Source of the DNA: Patescibacteria group bacterium
GTDB taxonomy: Bacteria > Patescibacteriota > Patescibacteriia > Buchananbacterales > SURF-54
Direction: 5' to 3'
Length of the DNA: 64,000 bases
Assembly: GCA_018818885.1 (NCBI GenBank)
Contig: JAHIRB010000007.1
Coordinates: 18,357-82,356 of the forward strand
Shown here: in pieces, positions 9,600 to 18,374 of the stretch
Layout of the letters: each line of letters starts with the position of its first letter
Position numbering within the stretch: position 1 is the first letter of the stretch
Position numbers and translations under genes: made by a program
The notes under the pieces: model-generated
Databases searched by the model: none
The model's input: only the letters and a program-made list of their open reading frames with translations
Told to the model about the DNA's origin: nothing

Positions 9600-10265
9600 T
9601 TACTCTTGGTTCAATTGCATTCTAAATTTAATTAAAAAGTCGACAACTTCATATAATTTTTCTAAACCCAAAACGGTATTTTCTTTAAACTCATCAATAA
9701 TTTCATGTTGAGCTTTCTCAACAGAAAAAGCTTCTTTATAACTACGCTTTGAAAGCATTGCATCTACTTCGTCTGCAATCCTAAGCAACTCAATAGATTC
9801 TAATTGTTCATTAGTTAATTCACCGGTTGGAGAAGTATAATTGTGATGGCTTTCTATTAATGGTAATTCTTTTTCTAAGCCGAGTTTATTTTTTGCAATA
9901 CTAACGCCGTCTTCAACATGTTTACCCATTACCTCGGCAATCTGTTCTTTTGGGATTTGTACATCACTATTTAATATTTCTTGATCAATGCTAGTTTTTC
10001 CTAAATCATGGACAAGTGCAGACTTCACTAAAACATCTTTTGCTTTGTCACTGATATTAAGCTTTAGCCTCTTAACCATCTCTAAACACATTTCTGAAGT
10101 ACGTAAAGAATGATCATAACTGCCTTCGTCCCAGCCTTTTAAACTGTTGAGCTCGTCGGCAACTTCTTTTCTTTGTTCTTCATCAAAAAGCATCAAAATC
10201 TCTTGAGATATTAATTTTTCACTATTTTCTTTTTCCGCAAGTGCAGAAGAATATTCTAAATTCAT
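9600..10265 (-). CDS. HD-domain phosphohydrolase
   Basis: H...HDLGK...D pattern of HD superfamily. Confidence 0.65.
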   Translation of the reverse strand: MNLEYSSALAEKENSEKLISQEILMLFDEEQRKEVADELNSLKGWDEGSYDHSLRTSEMCLEMVKRLKLNISDKAKDVLVKSALVHDLGKTSIDQEILNSDVQIPKEQIAEVMGKHVEDGVSIAKNKLGLEKELPLIESHHNYTSPTGELTNEQLESIELLRIADEVDAMLSKRSYKEAFSVEKAQHEIIDEFKENTVLGLEKLYEVVDFLIKFRMQLNQE

Positions 10266-10267
10266 AA

Positions 10268-10888
10268 TTAATCTTTAATTAATGGTACAAAAACAAATCC
10301 TGGAAAAATTTCTTCGTCGTACTTGTTTTTGTCTGTTTTGACTACCAAACGTATATCTTGATTAGCAGTCGGTATTACTAACCTTCCATTGACAACTAGC
10401 TGTTCTTTTAAAGCATTTGGCACTTCTTTAACTGCTGCAGACACAATTATCCTATCAAAAGGTGCATATTTTTTCAAGCCTTGGTATCCGTCAAAATTAT
10501 AAAACTCAACATTATTGAATTTATATTTTGCTACATTGTTTTGCCCAAATTCATTTAATTCTTTAATCCTTTCGATTGCATAGACTTTTCCTGACTTTCC
10601 TACTATATTTGCGAGCATGGCAGTTGTCCAGCCAGAGCCAGAACCTACATCTAATATTTTTTGACCTTTTCTTGGTTGCAAATTTTCAAACATAAAAGCA
10701 ACTGTTAAAGGTTGCGAGATTGTCTGGCCATGTCCAATTGGTAAAGGTGAATTCAAAGTTTCTTGACCTTGTAATTCTTGCGAAATAAAATCTTTACGTT
10801 TGACCGTTCTGAAGGCTTCGATAATTTCTGGACTCTTTAAATAGCCTTGGGAAATTAATTGATTAATTAAATTTTGCATACTAAACAA
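10268..10888 (-). CDS. pcm: protein-L-isoaspartate O-methyltransferase
   Basis: GQTISQP and LDVGSGSG motifs. Confidence 0.8.
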   Translation of the reverse strand: MFSMQNLINQLISQGYLKSPEIIEAFRTVKRKDFISQELQGQETLNSPLPIGHGQTISQPLTVAFMFENLQPRKGQKILDVGSGSGWTTAMLANIVGKSGKVYAIERIKELNEFGQNNVAKYKFNNVEFYNFDGYQGLKKYAPFDRIIVSAAVKEVPNALKEQLVVNGRLVIPTANQDIRLVVKTDKNKYDEEIFPGFVFVPLIKD

Positions 10889-11702
10889 CTAAATATAGTG
10901 TAATCAAAATTACAAAACCTAAAATTATTCTATAAAGCGCAAAAACTTTTAAGGAATGGCTAGACAAAAACTTTAAGAAATATTTTATAGTAAAAAATCC
11001 AGTTACTGTGGCTGCTACAAAACCTATCAAAATTATTAACCACTGATTTAGATCCATGGCTTGACAATTTAGATCTAATACTTTCTTTATACCTGCACCA
11101 AAGACAATTGGCATAGAAAGTAAAAACGAATACCTGGCAGCAGCATCTCGTTTAAGTTTTTGGCTTAAACCTGCTATAATTGTAATACCAGATCTTGAAG
11201 TGCCAGGTATTAGTGCGATTACTTGAAAAATACCAATCAATATTGATCCCCAAAACCCAAGCTTATCTAAATCATTAATTTTCTTGCTAAGTTGATCAAA
11301 AAGATAAAGTATCAGTCCAACAGCAATAAGCATAAAAGCTACTATGATTGAACCACGAAACATTAATTCGATTTGGGTTTCAAAAAAATACCCAGCAATG
11401 GCTGCGGGTATAGTACCAATTAATAAAAACCACGAAAGTCGTTGATCAATATTATTTTTCAAATCCCATTTAATGAAACTTTGAAAAAATGCACTAATCA
11501 AATCAATGACATCTTTATAAAAAAATAATAATAATGCTAACAAAGTTGCAAGATGCAGTGCAACATCAAAAAATAAATCATCGGCTAATCTAAAGCCGAA
11601 AAATTCATGAAATAATACTAGATGTCCAGAACTAGAAATTGGTAAAAACTCCGTCAGACCTTGTAACACTCCGGCTAAGATTGCAAAAATATAATTTGAC
11701 AT
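10881..11702 (-). CDS. uppP: undecaprenyl-diphosphatase UppP (BacA)
   Basis: LQGLTEFLPISSSGHL N-terminus and 8-TM profile. Confidence 0.85.
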   Translation of the reverse strand: MSNYIFAILAGVLQGLTEFLPISSSGHLVLFHEFFGFRLADDLFFDVALHLATLLALLLFFYKDVIDLISAFFQSFIKWDLKNNIDQRLSWFLLIGTIPAAIAGYFFETQIELMFRGSIIVAFMLIAVGLILYLFDQLSKKINDLDKLGFWGSILIGIFQVIALIPGTSRSGITIIAGLSQKLKRDAAARYSFLLSMPIVFGAGIKKVLDLNCQAMDLNQWLIILIGFVAATVTGFFTIKYFLKFLSSHSLKVFALYRIILGFVILITLYLVV

Positions 11703-11744
11703 AATTAATTAGAAATTAAAAATTGAAAATTAGTAATTATTTCT

Positions 11745-12191
11745 ATGGACTATCTAGTACTCATTATACCAATTATCGTTGTTTTTGCCACTCAAATTTT
11801 AAAACTTTCTATTGACGGCATCAAAGGAAACCTCAACTTTAGAAATCTTTTTTTAACTTATGGAGGGATGCCTTCTAGCCATACTGCTATTGTTACATCT
11901 TTGACAACTGTAGTCGCTTTAGTAGAGGGTTTAAGTTCTGCCGTTTTTGCGGTTGCAGCTATATTTAGTTTTATTATTATTCGTGATGCTTTTACATTTA
12001 GAAAACATTTAGAAGATAAGTCCAGAATTGTAAATCAGCTTGTGAAAAAATTACCAGAATCAGAACAAAAAAAATATCCTACGTTACCAAATGATTTAGG
12101 ACATACAGTTTCTGAGGTAATAGTAGGAATTGTTTGGGGATTTTCTTTAACTGTATTGCTTAACTGGCTAATCACCAATTACTTATATTAA
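11745..12191 (+). CDS. divergent PAP2 family membrane protein (DUF212)
   Basis: GGMPSSHTA motif. Confidence 0.7.
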   Translation: MDYLVLIIPIIVVFATQILKLSIDGIKGNLNFRNLFLTYGGMPSSHTAIVTSLTTVVALVEGLSSAVFAVAAIFSFIIIRDAFTFRKHLEDKSRIVNQLVKKLPESEQKKYPTLPNDLGHTVSEVIVGIVWGFSLTVLLNWLITNYLY

Positions 12192-12215
12192 TTAATTAAC
12201 GAATGCCATATTTTG

Positions 12216-12304
12216 CCGGAATGACACACTTTTTCGCCAGAGGCGAATCATACTCAGGCTGAAGTGTGTTAAAAACGATAACAGTCTAAAGACTGTCAAT
12301 CCGG
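12216..12304. repeat. REP-like 89-bp element copy 1 (two hairpins: acacact...agtgtgt and acagtct-aa-agactgt)
   Basis: near-identical (1 mismatch) to 12926-13017; partial third copy with expanded loop at 12316-12376 containing the transposase stop codon. Confidence 0.8.
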
Positions 12305-12362
12305 CTCTATTGTTACCAACGATAACAGTCTACCTTCGAAAAGTTAAGGTCAAAAAAGACTG

Positions 12363-12914
12363 TCAATCCGGTGGGGTTTTGGTAAAATCTATCACTGAAT
12401 ACTCTTCAAACACAGATAAGATCCATTCTTTTCCGTATTTCTTTAAATAATAATTATAACTTGAAAATTTATAACTTTCTAGCTGATCAAGGCTTCTAAC
12501 ATAATCATGTTTTATAGGATTGCAATGAATATAATTGAAACGTGTCCAGAAGTCTTTTTCTGATTCTAGAATAGTATCATGATATTGATGCCATACTTTT
12601 CTACCTCGTTTATCGTCTAGACTATTCACAAGAAAAGAACTCTTTCCATTAATCAACTTAGTAATTTTTTTCAAATTATCTTTATTCTTAATTCTACAAT
12701 TTAAATGATAATGATTTCTTAAAACAACCCATGCTAACAAATTTTCATTACATTCATCAAATGCATTCTTAATACATTCTGATAATATTTCTCTTTTTTT
12801 GTCACTATGAAAATAATTAAATTCCTTATAGGTTCTTGCTGTAATAAAATATTGAGTATTATCTAAATATATATGAGGTAAACGGTGTATATTTCGTTTT
12901 TTTGGATAATGCAT
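12363..12914 (-). CDS. IS200-like / REP-associated tyrosine transposase (HuH Y1 transposase, RAYT)
   Basis: 183 aa; HuH motif NHYHL, conserved Tyr region, flanked on both sides by REP-like repeats. Confidence 0.75.
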   Translation of the reverse strand: MHYPKKRNIHRLPHIYLDNTQYFITARTYKEFNYFHSDKKREILSECIKNAFDECNENLLAWVVLRNHYHLNCRIKNKDNLKKITKLINGKSSFLVNSLDDKRGRKVWHQYHDTILESEKDFWTRFNYIHCNPIKHDYVRSLDQLESYKFSSYNYYLKKYGKEWILSVFEEYSVIDFTKTPPD

Positions 12915-12925
12915 AAAAAATCTTG

Positions 12926-13017
12926 TCGGAATGACACACTTTTTCGCCAGAGGCGAATCATACTCAGGCTGAAGTGTGTTAAAAACGGTAACAGTCTAAA
13001 GACTGTCAATCCGGTGG
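12926..13017. repeat. REP-like element copy 2 (direct repeat of 12216-12304)
   Basis: direct sequence identity, begins 12 nt upstream of transposase start. Confidence 0.8.
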
Positions 13018-13129
13018 GATCACTGACAATACTTGCCGACTTTTTTTGTAATATGAATAATGTCACAGATTCCTTTTGTTGTTAATGTAAAAGTTTTGCT
13101 ATATACCATGAAATTATGCTTATTCTATC

Positions 13130-13173
13130 TGTCATCCCGAGCATAATATAAAATAACAAAGGTCGAGATGACA
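13130..13173. repeat. hairpin of the TGTCATYCYGA dispersed family
   Basis: tgtcatcccgagc ... gtcgagatgaca inverted arms; related motifs at 17325, 18046-18140, 53957. Confidence 0.45.
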
Positions 13174-13185
13174 ATAATGATTAAG

Positions 13186-14052
13186 TTATTTTTGACAAAC
13201 GTCACAAAAATGCGTACCACGCGCGTTTAATTGTATCTTTCTTATAACCCCCTTACAGCCCTGTCTTTTGCATTTTTGACCTTTACGTCCATAAACTTTA
13301 AGAAACGGCACCATCCCGCCAACTGTGCCATCTGTTCTGACATAATTATTAGCGGATGTCCCTTTCTTTAAAATTGCAAACTCCAAAACTTTGGGTATAC
13401 ATCTATGTAATTTTTTAATTTCTTCTTCTTTTAATGTTTTGACAATCCGCATGGGTTTAATATTTGCACAAAAACAACTTTCATCTGTATAAATATTGCC
13501 CAATCCTGCAATTAAAGCTTGATCTAATATTACTTGCTTGATTTTTCGATTTGGATAGTGCATTAATTGTGCCTTGAATCTTTCGTAAGTAAAATCATTT
13601 TTTAGTGGTTCAAGCCCAAAAGAGTTTCTAACTAAAAGATATAGCTTGTCATCTACCAATCTTACCCAACCAAATTTTCTAACATCATTAAAAAATAGTT
13701 TTGATCCATCAGAAAATGTAAAGATGATATGAGAAAACTTGTTCGGTAGATGTCCTAAATTTTTTATTGAATGTCCACCAGAAATTGTTTTACCGATTTT
13801 TGGAACATAGACTAGTTGTCCTGTCATTTTTAGATGAAACAATAAAAAATTGTGGCCATATAAATCCACAACTATTAATTTTGCTCTACGATAAACGTGT
13901 TTAATTTTCTTACTGCGGACTTTTCGTACAAACTCGCTTATCGGTAAATTTACCATCTTTGCTACTTTTATTTCTACATTTATGATGGTTTTGTTTTTGA
14001 TTTTAGAATTCAATTCACGTCTAATTGTCTCAACCTCTGGCAATTCCGGCAT
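13186..14052 (-). CDS. mutM: formamidopyrimidine-DNA glycosylase
   Basis: N-terminal MPELPEVE, C-terminal zinc finger CKRQGC...C. Confidence 0.85.
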   Translation of the reverse strand: MPELPEVETIRRELNSKIKNKTIINVEIKVAKMVNLPISEFVRKVRSKKIKHVYRRAKLIVVDLYGHNFLLFHLKMTGQLVYVPKIGKTISGGHSIKNLGHLPNKFSHIIFTFSDGSKLFFNDVRKFGWVRLVDDKLYLLVRNSFGLEPLKNDFTYERFKAQLMHYPNRKIKQVILDQALIAGLGNIYTDESCFCANIKPMRIVKTLKEEEIKKLHRCIPKVLEFAILKKGTSANNYVRTDGTVGGMVPFLKVYGRKGQKCKRQGCKGVIRKIQLNARGTHFCDVCQK

Positions 14053-14085
14053 GGCGTTAAAATTTACAATTTAATTATTGAAATT

Positions 14086-14125
14086 TGTTTGGGATTTGGG
14101 ATTTGGATATTGGGATTTGGAATCA
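14086..14125. repeat. tandem octamer repeat (tgggattt x ~5)
   Basis: visible tandem repetition in fpg-guaA intergenic region. Confidence 0.7.
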
Positions 14126-14126
14126 A

Positions 14127-15659
14127 CTACTCATACTCCACAGTAGCTGGTGGTTTTTGTGTTATGTCGTATAAAACGCGGTTAACTTCTTTTACCTCGT
14201 TAACAATTTTACTTGAAATCTTAATTAAAGTTTCATATTTAAATTTATACCAATCAGCTGTCATAAAATCTTCTGTTGTCACAGCGCGTAAACTTACAAT
14301 ATATTTATAGGTTCTGGCATCACCCATTACACCAACTGATTTAGCTGGTAGTAACGCTGCAAACGCTTGGGTTATGTTGCTATAATCTCCAGATTTTTTT
14401 AGTTCTTTCATATAAATTTCATCTACTGCTTGCAGGATTTTAATTTTTTGAGATGTTATATTACCTAAAATTCTTACAGCTAAACCTGGACCTGGAAAAG
14501 GATGACGATATATGACGTCTTTATCAAGTCCTAAATCTAGACCTAATTCTCGAACTTCGTCTTTATATAAATCTTGTAATGGTTCGATGATTTTAAAATG
14601 TAGTTTTTCTGGCAGAGTTAAATTATGATGGCTTTTAATTTTATCAGCCTTATTAGAACTGGCAGCTGATTCAATTCTATCAGGATAAATTGTTCCTTGT
14701 GCAAAATATTTAATATGCTCTTTTTTAGAAATTTTCTTACCTTCAGTTTCAAATACCTTAATAAAAGTATGTCCAATTATTTTTCTTTTCTTTTCTGGCT
14801 CAGTTACTCCTTTTAGTCTATTCAAAAATAAATTTCTAGCATTTACTACTTTAAAATTTTTAATATTTAATTTTTTGTAAATCTTTCTTATTTCTACAGT
14901 TTCATTTTTTCTCATTAAACCATGATCTACAAATACACAATACAAATTATCTCCTACTGCCTTATGAATTAATGCAGCAACTACGGTTGAATCTACTCCG
15001 CCAGAAGAACCAAGCAAAATTTTATTATCTCCAACTTGTATTTTAATTTGTTCAATTAAATCTCTGGATAGGCTTTTTACTTTCCAAGTCTTTTTTGCTT
15101 TGCACACACCAAAGACAAAATTTGCAAGTATATCCTTGCCGCGTTTAGTATGAACTACTTCTGGATGAAACTGCACACTATACATTTTCTTATTTGTATT
15201 TTCCATCGCAGCAATTGGACAGCTTGGACTTGTAGCAGTTCTAATAAATCCTTTTGGTAATTTTGATACAATGTCATAGTTTGAAAACCAAGTTTGCTGT
15301 TTTCCCTTAATTCCTTGAAATATTTTTCCTTGCTTTGTTACTTTTATAAAATACCTGCCAAACCTACCAACTTTTCCTGGTTCAATTTTAATATTAAAAA
15401 AATCAGCAATAAGCTGATGTCCATAACATATTCCCAAAATTGGAATACTCATTTTAAATATTTCTTTTTTAACTTGAGGTGAACCTTTACCGTAAACGGA
15501 TGCAGGGCTACCAGAAAAAATAATGCCATCTGGTTTTAGTTTCTTGAGTTGCTTGCTAGATACATTGTGTGGCAAAATTTCAGCATAAACACCGAGTTCT
15601 CTAACTCGGCGGGCAATTAGGTGAAGATATTGTGATCCAAAATTTAATATAACTATCAT
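14127..15659 (-). CDS. guaA: GMP synthase (glutamine-hydrolysing)
   Basis: 510 aa; class I GATase N-domain plus ATP-PPase SGGVDS and C-terminal dimerisation domain. Confidence 0.9.
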   Translation of the reverse strand: MIVILNFGSQYLHLIARRVRELGVYAEILPHNVSSKQLKKLKPDGIIFSGSPASVYGKGSPQVKKEIFKMSIPILGICYGHQLIADFFNIKIEPGKVGRFGRYFIKVTKQGKIFQGIKGKQQTWFSNYDIVSKLPKGFIRTATSPSCPIAAMENTNKKMYSVQFHPEVVHTKRGKDILANFVFGVCKAKKTWKVKSLSRDLIEQIKIQVGDNKILLGSSGGVDSTVVAALIHKAVGDNLYCVFVDHGLMRKNETVEIRKIYKKLNIKNFKVVNARNLFLNRLKGVTEPEKKRKIIGHTFIKVFETEGKKISKKEHIKYFAQGTIYPDRIESAASSNKADKIKSHHNLTLPEKLHFKIIEPLQDLYKDEVRELGLDLGLDKDVIYRHPFPGPGLAVRILGNITSQKIKILQAVDEIYMKELKKSGDYSNITQAFAALLPAKSVGVMGDARTYKYIVSLRAVTTEDFMTADWYKFKYETLIKISSKIVNEVKEVNRVLYDITQKPPATVEYE

Positions 15660-15770
15660 AATAAAATTATATGGATTTTTGCAATATATTACTATCCATG
15701 AAATTACTCGATCGCTTCAAATGAACACAATGTGCCCCTTTGAAGCTCACTCGTAATTATATAAAAATTT

Positions 15771-15816
15771 TGACAAAAAGAAAAGGGGGCTTCTGGAATT
15801 TAATCCATATCGCCCC
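15771..15816 (-). terminator. rho-independent terminator (minus strand)
   Basis: minus-strand ggggcg...gccccc stem with structured loop followed by ttttcttttt. Confidence 0.6.
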
Positions 15817-16091
15817 AATTTCACCCAATTATTTCCAGCGGCTTGGGCGGCCGGGATGGACTTTTTGCGTCTTGCGCATAGTCCTGCCCTGCATTCGGGC
15901 TAATAACGCTAATTATAGCGCCTGGTAGTCTCAAGTTACATCAAATCATAATTAGGTTTCTGGCTTGAGGTACAACATTCCCTCCTTTCAGCATTTTTGG
16001 TTGATCACGGTCGAACAATTAGCTTACCCGCTGCACAAGTAATATGGTGTTGCTGCAGGCAAAGTGCAAACACCTTATTACGCTTCCTTCC
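15817..16091 (-). other. GC-rich untranslated region (candidate structured RNA or long 3-prime UTR), class unknown
   Basis: approximately 275 nt markedly GC-richer than surroundings, no convincing ORF, bounded downstream by terminator. Confidence 0.3.
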
Positions 16092-16640
16092 TTAATTGAT
16101 CTTCATTTTGCTGCTCACAACAGCAGTAAGCTTGCACCGTGCCGATTCCCAGATTTCTTCCCAGCAGTCAAATACTGCTGTCCAACAATGCGGTCGTTTT
16201 CCTGACCAATCAAATCCGGTCACTCGCCAACGAAGGTATGTCTGACAGAATTCTGCTTTCCAGAATTGTCCACCCGGAATGACAATACCTACCTCTGAGT
16301 AGAAAATCATCTTACCTTTATTGGTGTAGGGTTTTGGAATTATTAAGCCGGTCATGAATTCAATCTCGGCTTTTTTCAAGCGTTCCCCCAACACACGTAT
16401 GTCCTCGCAGACAACACATACCATTTTGCGCATTACTTGAGGAGTACTTCCCTTACGAGAAGAAGGCGGACAGAAGTATACATCCAACTGTCCATTTCCG
16501 TTTTGACAGGCTCTTTGAAATCTAACCATGAGCCTTTCAGGTATGAGGAATACTGGCAGTGTTCTTTTCTTTGCCATTTGTATAAACTTGGCTGGTGTTT
16601 TTTTATTAACTAGATTCATTATGAGCCTGCCCCCTTTCAA
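16092..16640 (-). CDS. hypothetical protein of atypical (GC-, Trp-, Cys-rich) composition
   Basis: 182-aa ORF in compositionally anomalous island; no recognised motif. Confidence 0.35.
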   Translation of the reverse strand: MKGGRLIMNLVNKKTPAKFIQMAKKRTLPVFLIPERLMVRFQRACQNGNGQLDVYFCPPSSRKGSTPQVMRKMVCVVCEDIRVLGERLKKAEIEFMTGLIIPKPYTNKGKMIFYSEVGIVIPGGQFWKAEFCQTYLRWRVTGFDWSGKRPHCWTAVFDCWEEIWESARCKLTAVVSSKMKIN

Positions 16641-16728
16641 AACAACATTGGTTTAGATCCTTAAATAAACTACAGGTTTACTTAAAGATCATTGTCAAAA
16701 TACTAACCTTAAATCATAGCATAAAAAC

Positions 16729-16760
16729 AAAAAAATGTCAAATGGTATGACATCTTTTTT
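16729..16760. terminator. bidirectional terminator hairpin (atgtca...tgacat flanked by A-run and T-run)
   Basis: direct inspection. Confidence 0.55.
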
Positions 16761-16782
16761 GCTTATTTTATTTAAAAATTAT

Positions 16783-17316
16783 CTATTCCAGTACATATTC
16801 CCACCCAGGCTGCCATTGCCACGGATCTGTTAAAACCTTTTCAAGAGAATACCCTTTTATCCAGTGCTCCAAACCATATTGAGTTACTCTATGCCCTATT
16901 ATCATAATCTTCTTGTCTTGATAGTCTTTATTTAAGTCATCAAAAAAACTTTTCATTCTTTCCATGCACTCTTGATAACTTTCCCCGATAGGGAACGGTT
17001 GATTAATATATTTTGATCTTACTTTGTTTACTTCTTCATTGGGGTGATGTTCTAAATCCCCGTAATCACATTCACGTAATCTTTTATCTTTTATAATTTT
17101 GAAATCTCTATTCTTAAAAGCTATTTCTGCAGTATTGTAAGATCTTTTTAGATTAGAACAAAAGATAGCGTCAAAGTGTTCATTCTTGTAACGCTCTCCT
17201 AATTCTTTAGCTTGTTGTTGTCCTAGTTCAGATAGCTCAACATCATCTAACCCAGAAGCTAATCCTTTCTCATTATCGAGACTTGTGGCATGTGATTCAA
17301 AAATTATCGTAACCAT
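16783..17316 (-). CDS. histidine phosphatase superfamily protein (phosphoglycerate-mutase-like)
   Basis: ESHATS...GHR arrangement resembling RHG...H catalytic pair but with R/G substitutions. Confidence 0.55.
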   Translation of the reverse strand: MVTIIFESHATSLDNEKGLASGLDDVELSELGQQQAKELGERYKNEHFDAIFCSNLKRSYNTAEIAFKNRDFKIIKDKRLRECDYGDLEHHPNEEVNKVRSKYINQPFPIGESYQECMERMKSFFDDLNKDYQDKKIMIIGHRVTQYGLEHWIKGYSLEKVLTDPWQWQPGWEYVLE

Positions 17317-17324
17317 ATTATTAT

Positions 17325-17456
17325 ATTGTCATCTCGACCGTTATTTATTTATTTTATGCGAGTGGAGAGATCTCACCCCAAACTTCTTGAAAGGTGTGAG
17401 ATTCTCCGCCAGAGGCGGATCTGCCTATGGCATGACTCGACAAGCTCGGAATGACT
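17325..17456. repeat. composite REP-related hairpin cluster
   Basis: ggagagatctcacc/ggtgtgagattctcc hairpin; gccagaggcggatctgcctatggc palindrome shared with REP and with CDS tails at 47071 and 55461; gctcggaatgac terminal motif. Confidence 0.55.
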
Positions 17457-17460
17457 AAAA

Positions 17461-18027
17461 TTAACTAACTTGCTTAATTAGTTTCTTTGTTAATTCTATT
17501 GGCAAACCTTGCACACTATCAATTGTTCCTTCTATCTTAATTACATGATCCGCAATATCTGCATATGCCATGTTATACCCCCCAGCAAAAGTATAAACGA
17601 CTTTATCCTTAGCTATCTTTTCGATTTGATCATCAGAAAATTTGCTAAACCATAGCTTAGCAATGTCAATTCCCTCTGCTGTTTTGCCAGTTTTGGTATT
17701 TGTGGTTATTACAGATGTTACGGTTTGTACAGGATATTTTTCATAGCTTTGTAAAAATTTTCTAACCTCTGCTTCGTTTTCTGGTTTTTCTCGTATCTCG
17801 CCATCACAAACTCCCACTTGGTCAGATGTAATTAAAATTGCATCTTCTTTTATTTTTGGTAAAAGCGCTTCTGCTTTGGCACGACCTATTTTTAAAACTA
17901 GCTGTTTTGGGTCTTCATCACGAATGGCTTTTTCGTCAATTCTTGGAATCATCACTTCAAAATCATAACCCATACTTTCTAAAACTTTTTTGCGCCAAAA
18001 AGATTGTGAACCGAGAATTATTTTCAT
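17461..18027 (-). CDS. maf: Maf-like nucleoside triphosphate pyrophosphatase
   Basis: MKIILGSQSFWRK N-terminus (Maf signature LxSxSPRR-like) and full-length 189 aa. Confidence 0.85.
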   Translation of the reverse strand: MKIILGSQSFWRKKVLESMGYDFEVMIPRIDEKAIRDEDPKQLVLKIGRAKAEALLPKIKEDAILITSDQVGVCDGEIREKPENEAEVRKFLQSYEKYPVQTVTSVITTNTKTGKTAEGIDIAKLWFSKFSDDQIEKIAKDKVVYTFAGGYNMAYADIADHVIKIEGTIDSVQGLPIELTKKLIKQVS

Positions 18028-18045
18028 AATATTATCTATCCTCTT

Positions 18046-18140
18046 TGTCATTCTGAACACGTTCGTTACACTCAGTGTAAACTCCGTGAATAATCTCAGC
18101 TTAGATCCTTCAGTCGTTTACACTCCTTCAGGATGACAAG
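18046..18140. repeat. 95-bp element with terminal inverted repeat tgtcattctgaa/ttcaggatgaca
   Basis: direct inspection; internal palindrome gttacactcagtgtaaac. Confidence 0.5.
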
Positions 18141-18159
18141 TTAAGCACCATGACATTTC

Positions 18160-18363
18160 TTAAAATTGTTTCTGTAAAGCTATTATTGCAATAATAATCG
18201 CACCTAATGCAATTAAATTAGCGACTGCGGCCATCCAGAAACTCCAAGTTTTCCATTCTGGTTTTTTCATCACTCCGGCAATAGCTACAAGTGATTCTTG
18301 GCTTTTTTCTTTTAATCCCATAATTTTATTAAAATGAATTGTAACCTTTATTCCACATGACAC
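18160..18363 (-). CDS. small membrane protein
   Basis: 67 aa with one hydrophobic helix. Confidence 0.35.
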   Translation of the reverse strand: MSCGIKVTIHFNKIMGLKEKSQESLVAIAGVMKKPEWKTWSFWMAAVANLIALGAIIIAIIALQKQF

Positions 18364-18374
18364 TTTTAATCTTA

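Larger units (their letters stand above)
12216..13017 (-). mobile_element. RAYT-REP unit
   Basis: transposase bracketed by direct REP copies. Confidence 0.65.

Noticed and set aside
12863-13085. ORFs 12863-13066 (minus) and 12885-13085 (plus)
   Set aside because: They overlap the REP-like repeat and the transposase start. They are repeat-encoded open frames without coding signal.
15740-15928. 62-aa plus-strand ORF in the GC-rich island
   Set aside because: No RBS, and it overlaps the minus-strand terminator hairpin. Open by chance because of high GC.
15781-16091. tmRNA or RNase P RNA in the GC-rich non-coding stretch (a GGGGGCUUCUGGAAUU string resembles the tmRNA 5-prime end, and AAAGUCC / GGGUGAAA fragments resemble RNase P conserved regions)
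   Set aside because: There is no tRNA-like T-arm (GGTTCGANTCC) or CCA-proximal acceptor complement. The RNase P-like fragments are in the wrong order and on the wrong strand relative to each other. The GGGGGC is better explained as half of a terminator stem. Left as an unclassified GC-rich region.
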